From Phoronis australis (taxonomy: Eukaryota; Animalia; Phoronida), in NCBI GenBank assembly GCA_002633005.1, contig NMRA01000480.1, positions 126,941 to 190,940 of the forward strand: DNA of 64,000 nucleotides, read 5' to 3'. Positions 24,501-36,500 of this stretch are shown in pieces. Position 1 is the first letter of the stretch, and each line of letters opens with the position of its first letter. Both the position numbers and the translations under genes were made by a program. The notes under the pieces are model-generated. The model did not search any database, was not told the origin of the DNA, and saw only the letters and a program-made list of their open reading frames with translations.

Positions 24501-27500
24501 GGTCATGAACTCACTTCTTGAACGTTTTTGTCACTTTATTTTCTTCCCATGTTTGCAAAGTTTAAGAACGCCGCCGGCGTCAAAACCTCCGCTTTCAGCG
24601 ACTTTGTCTGCCGCGCTGAATTTTCATCTGCAGTGCACTTGATAAAACATATATTCGAAAAAATCAGGCCAGAGAAATGAGACAATGGAAGTATATAATC
24701 ACGCCCGTTTCTGTTACTTAGGACTGTCGCTATTCTCTTTTGATGTGTGACTTGTAGTGGTGCACGCGCGCAAGTTCCCACACTTCGGAGTGCATGTTAC
24801 CGTGACACCAACATGTGATTGACAGGTGACTCGCACGTAGGCCCTACGCGCGTGCTGAATCCCGCCGCTATCTTTGGCCATAAAAAACGAGATGCATATT
24901 GAAAGAGGCCGTTATATTACTTGACGGCATTTCCAAGTCACGATTGTCAGCCGACTGAGACATTGCGCGCTAACAACGGGACCGAACAGTGCCGCAGTGC
25001 GATATTGCAAGTGATATAAATAGGATAATCTGGACATCTTGCATGAAAAATAAATGTTTTTCCACCACGAAGTTTGGTAAGGTGATCGTTTATGAATTGA
25101 AACATCGCTATTTTGTAGCGTTTTATCACACATTTATGCCGTGGCTCGAAATTTTATTCTCGATTGACGAGTGGCACACGGCCGCTTAACCCCAATTCTT
25201 GTCTTGGACCTACTTCTTTGCCGAGCATGTTTGGCGCAACGGCAAGTGAGCAATGCCGGGCAGTCGAGATAAAACAGCAAGCCACAGAACCATACGCTGA
25301 AAATGTCATTGAGTCACGGAGTGTTGACTATAAACATCCCAAACACAAAAAACATCTGAATTAAGGTTTTCAAACTTTTATTACAACCAATTTCAATTTT
25401 AAAACTGCTCTCTCTGACTATGAACTTGGCAGCTAGTACGAGACTGTAACCATAAATCTGATGTCTGCTGTGACCTCTGCAACACGTGAAGCTTGCACGC
25501 GCGCACTTTAGCAAGATGAAATAGTTGCAATCCAAGTAGAGGCTGCGTGGTCACTGGTCGTCTGCGCTCTACACTACAGGGCTAAATAACGAGACCGCAG
25601 GACAGCACGGAGCTATTACTCATCAATTCTGTAAATTTAATAGTGAATAACTAATATGAGGGCATGATAACTTTTGTTAGGATCATCCGCTGTTATGACA
25701 TTCTTCCCGTTATGTGGCGACGTGACAACAACGCTCTGAAAAGTGCTACGCGTTCCGAGTAGGCCTACGACTACGTGTGTGGTGTGGGTACTTAAATCAC
25801 GAGGTAAGATTAACCGCCCAGGGCGCTTGCCTGTCATAATAAGCACCCATGTTCGGTTAACCGCCCACCCTGGATTTTTTGAAGTTTCACGTTTAAACGC
25901 CCATGTCTGGTTAACCGCCCACCCCCAATTTTTTGGGTTTGCCAATTTAACCGCCCAGGGCGTTAACCCGAACGTTTACGGTATGTTCCATTCATGAATG
26001 GGATGGCATGAGCGAACTTTCGGATGGATTCGAATACGGGTATGCCCCCTAGTGGCTATTTTAGTTTTTTATGCTTACCTTTGTATCTTAAAAAGTCCTT
26101 AACGGATTTCTATGAAATTTGGTATGTGGGCACCTATTAGTGGGATGACGCTATCCTCCTGTTTTCGGATGGATTTGACGTAGTTTGCGCCACTTAGTGG
26201 CTATTTTTTCGATTTTTTTTGCATCCACCCCTCTATCAACGAAACCGCTCAAAAGATGATTGTAAAAATTGGCATATATGTGTTTACTATAAAGAGGACG
26301 GTTGACGATGATTTTCCAATGATTTCGACTACTGTGGTGCCTCCTAGTGGCAGTTTTGTTTTTTTGCGCCTATGGCTGTATTTCCTAAACCGTTTGCAGG
26401 ATCTTTACTTAATTTAGCAAGTGTATTTATATGATGTTGGCTACGGATGACAACTGCTGTGCCCCCTAGTGGCAATTTTATTTTTTTACGTTTAACTTTG
26501 TATCTTCAAAGGTCCTCAACAGATTTTCATAAAATTTTATATATAGGCATCTATTGGTGTGATGACTTCCTTCCTGTTTTTGGATGGAATCGAGGTATTT
26601 TGCACCACCTAGTGGCCATTTTTGCTGTTTTCAAATCTTGTTTTTGGCTTCCACCCCTGTATCAACCAAATCATTTGAAAATTGGCATATATGTTCTCAG
26701 TGTGAAGATGACCTTTGATGATGGTGACTGACTACTGTGGCGCCTCCTAGTAGTAGTTTTGTTTAGAACCCATAGTTCTATCTCCTAAACCCACTGCAGG
26801 ATCTTTACTAGATTTAGTAAGTGTATTTATATGAAGATAACAACACTGTGCCCACTAGTGGCAATTTCATTTAATTGTGTTTCCCTTTGTTTCTCTGAAG
26901 TTTCTTGACAGATTTTTATGAAATATGGCATGTTCCTGTTTTTGGATGGATTGTATGTTTTTGCACCATCTAGTGGCCATTTATATGATACAAATAAATA
27001 ACCCTAAAAGCACACCATTTGCAATTCATTCGTGGGTGCATTTCAATGCTCCGCGTTGCTCTTGTTTAAATTGTCACAACAAAAGTTTGCTGAGTAAACC
27101 ATCTGCTTTCCATAAAATCTTAGGCATTACTTAGCATGCAAAAATTCGACTTCAGGAATAAAGAAGTGAAGGAGTCCTTAACTTCAATACTTGGATTTTT
27201 TTGTTATGGGACCCCTGATAGTGGAATAAATAAAATTGTAACACCAAGCATCACTATACCAAGAAACAAAACTAGCGGTACAGATTATGAATACCACTGT
27301 CTGTGACCTGGCATTTTCATGCTGGGCCTTAATTAACAGTTGTGTAAACAACCTACCCCAGTGGACTGAGCTCACACCCTGAGCGGCATGGCTAAGTCTC
27401 CTAGTGTGTCAGAATATAGTCTGACAGTATTTTTAGTTGTATTGTTTTGTTTTGTTATTCTATTTGATTGGCATGACCCCTGAGTTAAGTACAATTAGAT

Positions 27501-30500
27501 GTAATTTGTTTTCTACAGAATAGTATGGAACTTTCTAGTAGACTGAGTTCAGTAGTGATGATGTAATTTGTTTACTGCAATATAGTGTGGAACTTTCTAG
27601 AAGACCTAAGCATGACAGCGATTAATGCAGTCTGGAATAATCTAGAGACTAGTATATGTTTGTAGAATGATTGGGTAGATTCAGGAAAGTTCTAGAATGT
27701 GCTTGAATTGATGTAAAGTTCCAGAACAATGCATTAGGCTATAAATACACATTAAGCATGGGTTTGTGTTAGTCAGATCAAGTCAGTGAGATCAAGTCAG
27801 TGAGATCAAGTCAGAGAGATCAAGTCAATTAAAGAAAGTTAATCAGGAGAATTACAGTTGAGTTGCAGTGAAGAGAATCAGCAGTTACAGCGATTGTCAA
27901 TGGAGAGCCAGCTATAGAGACAGCAGGTTATTGAATAGACGAGTGTAACAGTTGCTGAACTTGTCTCAGAAGTTCATCACAAGTCAAAGCTTCGCAGCAC
28001 TGGCTGGAGCATAAACAGACATTACGTCGGACGTTTTGTTTGTGTAGGCTTTTGAACATACGGTCGGGATTAATAAACAATTAACTCGAACCAGTCTTCA
28101 GTCAATCGCCGCTTCGAAAGCTATTAGCACCGGTCTGTAACAACCTGCGCTCACCCACACTCGGGGGAAAACGTGACAATTGGTGAGCACGCCAGGAGCT
28201 TACTGACGGTAACAAGGTGTGATAAAGTGGACTTTTGGAATTAGAAACTCTCTATGGAGACAAGATCTCAACTAAGGGAGTTAATGGCCCTCGGACAAGA
28301 AATGGGTCTGTAGGGGAAACGACACCATAAGTCAGCAGCGGTCAGCCACCGAGGTTCTCAGAGTAAGGATTCAGTGAAGCATGCTAACCGTGAACGTGCC
28401 TTCAAAGGAAAGCTGCGTCTGAAGGAGGGGTATGTTGGAATGAAAAAGGTCTCAGTGTTGAGACACACAGGCTGCACAACCATTGTGGTTCGATCCAGTC
28501 TAGTCGAACCAGGAGATATGACCTGTTGGAAGTGGTCATGCAAGTTGGCGGACTCTACGAAGAGATGGCTACCTTTCGCCAGGATCAACATCAAGACACC
28601 TTACTACACGGGAGAAGTGTTTGCGATGTGCATGGAGCGTCCAGTGTCCGATTTGATTATCGGGAACGTAACTGATGCCTTGAAGCCAGGGGATGTTGAG
28701 CAACAGCAGAGAGCAACAACTGCCAACGAGGACAGTACAAGCAATAGCCTTGTGGAGGGTCCGAAAGATGACTCTCAAAAGGGTACTACTTCCCAAGAGG
28801 AAAATCCAGTGATTTCAACTCCAGAGAGAGAAGAGGTGGCCGACATGTCGGTAGGAACAGATCCTGATGAATCCAGCAGGGAAGCACTAGCAGTGACTAC
28901 CAGGGCTCAGGCAGACCAACAAAAAGCGGATATTAAACCGTTAGCTGTGTCCCCGACCATACAAGAGATGGGACTAAAGCAGTTCAAGGAATCCCAGAAT
29001 GAAGATTCATCAATGAAAAACTTATGGAAGCAAGCTGAAGCCAAAGTTCAGCGACAGACCTAAGACAAGGGGTCATACGTGATGGAGGTTCAACGAGGAA
29101 TACTCTGTCGAATGTTCAAGAGGGAAGACGGTGACAAGGTGAAACAAGTTGTCGTCCCGAGTATTTTAGGGAAGACCGTGATGAAGCTCACTCATGAGAC
29201 TATACTCTGTGGACACCTCGGTGTTAGGAAGACAACTGACCGTATCACCAGCAACTTCTATTGGCTTGGAGTGGCATCAGAAGTCACCAGATTCTGTAGA
29301 TCATGTGACATCTGCCAGAAGACAATCCCTAAAGGTCGCGTGACCAAGGTACCCCTGGGAGAGATGCCTTTGATGGAGGAGCCTTTCAAAAGGATTGCGA
29401 TTGATCTGATTGGCCCTATAGCTCGAGTTTCCGACAAGGGTAACAGATACTTAGAGATGGATACAGAGGCACAAAATTATGATTTTGTGTTGGCAGGGGC
29501 GTGTTGTCAGAATATAGTCTGACAGTATTTTTAGTTGTATTGTTTTGTTTTGTTATTCTGTTTGATTGGCATGACCCCTGAGTTAAGTACAATGATGATG
29601 TAATTTGTTTACTACAGAATAGTATGGAACTTTCTAGTAGACTGAGTTCAGTAGTGATGATGTAATTTGTTTACTGCAGTATAGTGTGGAACTTTCTAGA
29701 AGACTTTAGCATGACAGCGATTAATGCAGTCTGGAATAATCTAGAGACTAGTATATGTTTGTAGAATGATTGGGTAGATTCAGGAAAGTTCTAGAATGTG
29801 CTTGAATTGATGTAAAGTTCCAGAACAATGCATTAGGCTATAAATACACATTAAGCACGGGTTTGTGTTAGTCAGATCAAGTCATTGAGATCAAGTCAGT
29901 GAGATCAAGTCAGAGAGATCAAGTCAGCTCAACAAAGTAAATCAGGAGAATTACAGTTGAGTTGCAGTGAAGAGAATCAGCAGTTACAGTGATAGTCAAT
30001 AGAGAGCCAGCTATAGAGACAGCAGGTTATTGAATCGACGAGTGTAACAGTTGCTGAACGTGTCTCAAAAGTTTATCACAAGTCAAGGCTTCGTAGCACT
30101 GTCTGGAGCAAAAGCAGACATTATGTCGAACGTTTTGTTTGAGTAGGCTTGTGAACATACGGTCTGGATTAATAAACGATTAACTCGAACCAGTCTTCAG
30201 TCATTGCACCGAAAGGTATTAGCACCGGTCTGTAAAAACCTGCGCCCACCCACACATGGGGAAAAACGTGACATTGTGGTTGTTTTATTCTTTTTCCTCT
30301 GTATCTTCGGAGTTCCTTGACGGATTTGCATGAAATTTGGCAAATAGGTTTTTAATACTGAGGCAATGATGCCATTCCATTTTCAGACTGATTTTTGTTA
30401 TTTTTGCATTCATTTTCTGGTCTCCACTTCTCTATCTGCCATCAAAGGATCATTATAAGAATGATGTTTTGCTGATAAGAAAGCCAAGACTGACGTTACT

Positions 30501-33500
30501 GACATTGACTTTCGGACGGGTCGGACTACTGTGTCCCCCAGTAGCGACTTTTTTGTTTGCATCTGCGGCCAAATCTCCGTTACCCTTTGAAGGAAGGACC
30601 TTTGTAAAATTTGAAAGATGTATTCCTATGGAGCGGTTGACAATCGGTAACGGGTGTTGAACTGATCCAGATACCACTGTGCCTCCTAGTGGCAATTTTT
30701 TATGTTTGCCTCTGTATCTTCGGATTTCAGTAAGAGCTGTTCTGCAAAATTCGTATGGGAAGGGGGGGGCGGCAGTTGAAATAGATATATGGGTGGTGGT
30801 CTTCAGAAGAAAATTCAAATTATGGGTGGGGGTTCCTGTAAGAAGTTGAGCATTAAAACTGGGTTGAATAACTTGACTTATTAGCAGCGTTGTGTTGTGT
30901 TGTGGACTGTCTCGGTCCGTCAGTGAGATGGTTGTATTCAGTAACGAAGTGTGGAACACTCAATTACACTAGTAAAGCAACTGGCAGTAGCAAGATGAGG
31001 ACTGTCTTTATGTCAAGTGAACAGATTTATATACAAGTTACAAATATGTGGGTTGCATGCACCAAACTTTGTGATTCAATATCCTACAGGAAAAAACAGG
31101 AAGCAACTATAAGAACTTTCACAACAATCATCTGAACTATTCTGTTGTGTTTGCCGTATATGGTAATGGTCAGCTGTCTTTTAGCTATGATTCTGTGAAT
31201 GACCATTTCGCAATCTTGTTTACTACAGAGATCATCAAAACGTGTGGATGCACCGGATGGGTTGGTCGCTGACTCAGCTGACAGCCAAAACAAGTTTGTA
31301 TAAACAAACAATTGGCTAGCAAAGAAATAATATCAACAAGTAATAACAATATCAAACTAATGTGCTAAGAATTATATATGTATCAAGAATTTCACAGATT
31401 TCATGACAGGTGAAACTACTAGGAATAATTTTGTTTTAATAACAATTAAATTGTTAGACAAGCAACTGGTGAGAGTTCATGAAGGGAGCTAGAGAAACTA
31501 CTGAAGCGAAAGCCTGACAAGTCGATCCTGTATGTGCTCTTTCTCCATTATTTCCATACTGTACCTCCAGAGCTGCTTTCCACTTCACAACACACTGCTG
31601 AGTCCTCTGAGACGGGAAAACAAGAGCTCTGTGGCGGATATCCAAGGTCAGTGGTGAGGAAAGTGCAACCCACTGCGGACATGTCTCGGGTGTTTGATGA
31701 ATGGAAAATGTATCAGTGTGATGGAAATGTGCCACTGTTTGATTCCAGTTCTACACTTGAAGATTTCTAGAATGATGTTTTTTCACTGACTGGTGTGGAC
31801 AAAAGAGCTGGATATGAAGGGCTCCCATCAATAGTGAAAGCTGGCCTCGTCCTTGCACAAACTAATGCTGAGTCTGTCCATTAATTCTCACATGCTTTCT
31901 TAAGATTGGTGAAGCAACCATGGTAGGCCTCCGCACTGTGAAGGAAGCTGTTTGGTTTTATGATCCTGTGGACAGCAAGCCTTAGACAATTCCATTGATG
32001 AAGGGACTCGGATTGACCTGTAAATCTTCACATTCAAATTCCCAGGCACGAAGGGAGACATGAACGGGAGCAATTACGACAAGAAGCCCAAGCAAAAGCA
32101 AGGAAACTTGAGCAGAAGATGGCACAGAAACAGCAGGAAAAGTTGAAGCATGCGAAAAAAACACTTTTTGAGTCAGAAGACGATCTCACTAAAGAAGAAG
32201 AAAATGGTTTTTGGAAAGTTGAAAGCTGCAGATGAGCTCGTGTCAGAGTCTAATATGAAACTCCGAGAAGCATTGTCTATGTCAGAAGTAGAATATGGGT
32301 GTGTTTAAAAGGTAGCTATGGTTTGAGATTGTGCGTAGATGGAGAGAGAATGATTAAATCCAGTAATTAATTTATTATATGATAACCCCTAATTAGACAA
32401 ATGAAACCTGTTGTTAATTAAGTAATCAACTACAAAGAAGAGTAACTAGGCTAGCACTCTCTTTAAAGATTACTTTAGTCAATCAAACAAAATAATCAAA
32501 TGTCTTATCTGTTATCCAATCTGTAGTACTCTCCACTTGTTGGATGACAGTCCTGTTAGTGAATCTTTGAACTACACACACTGTATTGCGACAGACAGTG
32601 TACTTGCTGGTCACAGTCTCTGGTCACCCAACACTTGCAGGCAGTTTCTTCTACCCACTATTCTTGCTGGCCACAGTCTCTGGTGACACAATACTTAAGG
32701 CAGTATCTTACTACCCACGATGGAAGTGACAAGCTCTTAGTTAACTTCCTGTTCGTTAACCATTGCCTTACCAAGATCCTCTCTAGAATCTTCCACAAGA
32801 TGGCTGTGCTATACAATTTCCTCAAAACACTAGCAAGTCTTTATGATTCAAGTACTGCAGCACATCTGAATATCTTCTTGATTTTAGCCCATATTATAAT
32901 AGTCTACTTATTTAGCAATTGGCTAATAAAAACCACATAATTTTATCTAAACCTATCATTGGCTGTTACAATTTGTTCTCAGAACGCAGAACGCAAAGAC
33001 CCCAGAACGCAAAGTTGTAAACACCATCTAAAAGTAGATTTTGTTGTTAAAATACATGTCAACAAGTTTGACCCCATGATTTAAACGTAAATATGCACAA
33101 ATTTTGGGCAACTTAAAGTGCAACTATTCTTACTAATTACTTAATCAATATTAATTCTGACAGTCTAGTTCATCAGCTGTCTCCAAGTAGTCAGTGACCG
33201 TTACATTCATGATGTTCAACTCCAAGTAGTCAGTGACCGTTACATTCATGATGTTCAACTCCAAGTAGTCAGTGACCGTTACATTCATGATGTTCAACTC
33301 CAAGTAGTCAGTGACCGTTACAAGTAGTCAGTGACCGTTACATTCATGATGTTCAACTCTGCAACAGCAAAGTGTGATGAACTGAGTAAACACATTGATG
33401 AAATCCGCGGAAAACAAAAGCATCTTGAAAGCAAAACACATAAGCTCCTTTAAAAAGCTATGTACAATGATCCAGTCTCTGCAAAAAAATACAAGAAAAC

Positions 33501-36500
33501 ATAGACTGTGTGCCCAGTTTTGCTAAGTAACATCAATTTTTTGAGTGTAACTTAAAAAATGTCCAAGTGTTCCATATGTGAACTGAGAGGAGGCAGTGTG
33601 GCCTGGTTGATAAGTGTCCGCTTTCTTTACTCGAGGTCGTGGGTTCAAGTCCCACCAGGTCACACTGCTAAACCCTTGAGCCAGGTTTCTAGCTCCTCAG
33701 CTCGGTTTTAACCATATATCAATAAAGCATAAAAGTATTTCCAGGTGATCAGTGCAATGGGTCCACATGCGAGGCCTGCGCACGTCTGATACAACGTGTA
33801 TCAGACAGCCTGCAATTATTTTTTATATATATTATATGTGAACTGATGTGTAGAATATAATTATGTTTTTTATGCAGAGATAACAACGTAGATACTAATG
33901 CTTTTTTCCTATTTTGTACTGAAAATTTCCTATTTTTTCAAGGCCTTATGATACCTGACCTTGTTACGGCTTCTGTAATTTAACTGATTAGTACCTATTC
34001 TGGAAGTGGTGTTTAGGGGGTTTAGAATTTCCACCATTTTGTTTTTATATACCGTATTCACCGTAATAACTGCCCAGGGTGCTTAGAAAAGTTCGTTTCA
34101 GGAGGGTGCTTATTCTAACCCAAGGCGGTTGAAACCCGGTCTTCGAAACAGGTGAAATCGGAAGCTAAGATTCATAAAATTTACACTCTGTGACGTATCT
34201 GTAATCTATGAAAGACTTTCTAAAAAACCGAGGTGCATTGCTATCAAACTTTGCTGCTAAATTACGATCATTTTACAGAAAATGATGAAATCCCAGGGCG
34301 AAAACTTGCCGACTGACTGCCTCGCAATCATCGATATGGCAACTTGAATGCTTGAATAAAAATACAGTTTCGACTTGAGCAAATTACCTGAAATCCTCCT
34401 TAAGTTTTCCAAGTAGCGTCCCTAAGGGGTTTTTAAGTTCCCGTGAAGTCAGGATTAACGGCAGGTTTAAGTACAAATCCGTGCTACATCATGCCATCTA
34501 CATGTATGATCGGCAACACGAGAAAAATGTCTGGACTAACACACATGTTGTTATCACGTGACGTTTGTTTTGAAGTTGTCTGCGTTTGTGAGTAAGCGAG
34601 CGCGTGCATGTCACCAGAGTTCATTTGCCAGAGCAAAGACCGTCTTTTGGCCAGAGCCACACAATCTAATGAGCTAGATGTGCATTGTATCTAAAGAAAT
34701 TTGCACAAGCAGTAGGCCTAAACCAGAGCTTGTTTCATTCAGCACTGTCCGTTCTCATGTGCTAAAAACGTTCTCCATTTGTCTCTGTAAAGCCATATTA
34801 GTCGCCGTGTGGCTGGATGTGGCGTACGTGACTATCTGACAGTTATTTTTCAATGTAAGGGTGTGTAAGGATTCACTGTCAGTGGTCATTTTATCGGATA
34901 TTTGGCTTAAAAACACCAATTATGGTTAATCAAACAATCCATCTTAAAAATGACGCTCACATTTTTTATAGTATTAGAAACTGTCGGAAATTAGTGCCAA
35001 TATTCATTTCTTGCCAATGCTATGCTACTCGTTTCATGAATGGATAGTTCCTGACTGTTGTCTTTGATGACGGGTTCATGTACGTAGCACGTGCTTTCTG
35101 GCCACGTGCTTATAACTCTGGCCAAGGTTTTTATTAGTCCTCGATTCGCGGTTTTCATGTGTTCAACGAAATTTGGATTCCTGTTGAAAGCGGGAAATAT
35201 CTACAAAGCAATCCCATAGACAAGTACACCACGTCTGTTCTGAAAGGCCAGACCATTGGTCCTCTCAAGATCAGCAAAACTTCTGTGTTCATTCTGAGGC
35301 ATGGCGGAAGCTTGAAGTGTATAGTCATGGCTAAATACCGACATAGCGGCGAGGCTTGTGGTCTACAAATTCTGTGCGCAATGATTTTTTCAGGACTGTC
35401 GGATATTATTGATAAGTTTAAGACGTGACTGTAGGTAAGGCATTTTTCACACGTACAGGTTCATGGACTGGGTGCTTATTTTAGCAAAGTCTGAAAACGC
35501 GTGGGGGGGCTGGGGCGCTTATAGGGGCATGGGCGGTTATTACGGCGAATATGGTAGTTTGACTGTGTGAGCTGTTGAGTCAGTCATTGTTCTATCTCAG
35601 TTGTGATAAGTTCGGTCGCAATTTGCATTTCTTTACGAGTCAGTTAACATGACTTATGGTTGATGCTTCGTACCGGGATGTACTCATTATCCTCTTGCGT
35701 GCACTTTGGGTATGCAATTGCATTGTTTCCGAGGGATGGCACACTCCGCCATATTCACTTGAATAACCAAGTGTTACCCATTTTGGCATTTTCCACATCA
35801 CTAGCTGACCTTTGATAAAATGCTTCAATCTGATCAACCTCTAGTCAGTAAAAATGTGAAAAACAGTTTTTGACCAATTGTCCTTTCTGTACGTGAGGTC
35901 CCAGTAAAATACTTGCTTTGTGAGACGTTTATCAGGCGTGCAAATTAGTTTATTCCAGAGCTGTAATATGCACAATTACCTGCACACTATACTAGGTATC
36001 CACCCCATATCTCCATTCATCACGGTGACTTGAGCAAATTTGTGAACCCCAAGAAAGTATTGAATGGCCCAATTTTGAATTGAATCGCACCGAGGACAAA
36101 ACCATGCCCCCCAAACACCAGCGCAATAATCAAGTATCGGGATAACACACGCATCATATAATGTGGTGTATGTCTTGAACCCAACATCGTGCATGCCCCT
36201 GAATTTAGAGACCATACCATCAACTGCATGACCACCAGATGCAGCTAGTGCAGCAGTGGCTTGTTTAAATTGCAAATATTCATCTAAAAGGACACCTAAT
36301 TATTTATACTGACTTACAATAGTGAGCGGGTTATTCGCATTATTGAAGAGACAGAGGTGGTCTGTCTCACCTGGGACTTACGAAAATGCATAACGTCAGT
36401 TTTACTCAAATTCTGCTCCATCCTCCATTGTTTTCACCAAGTGTGCAAAACATCCAACATGGCCTGCATATCACGTTCACATGATAAGAGTAAGGCAATG

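Larger units (their letters stand above)
31440..33450 (+). pseudogene. hAT transposase C-terminal relic (dimerisation region plus coiled-coil tail), split by a solo LTR
   Basis: [46 protein letters not shown]; reading continues across the LTR TSD ([28 protein letters not shown]). Confidence 0.65.

Noticed and set aside
33587-33665. tRNA genes here and at 55160-55231
   Set aside because: A and B boxes are present but no complete cloverleaf; both continue into SINE bodies and this one has a tail and TSD.
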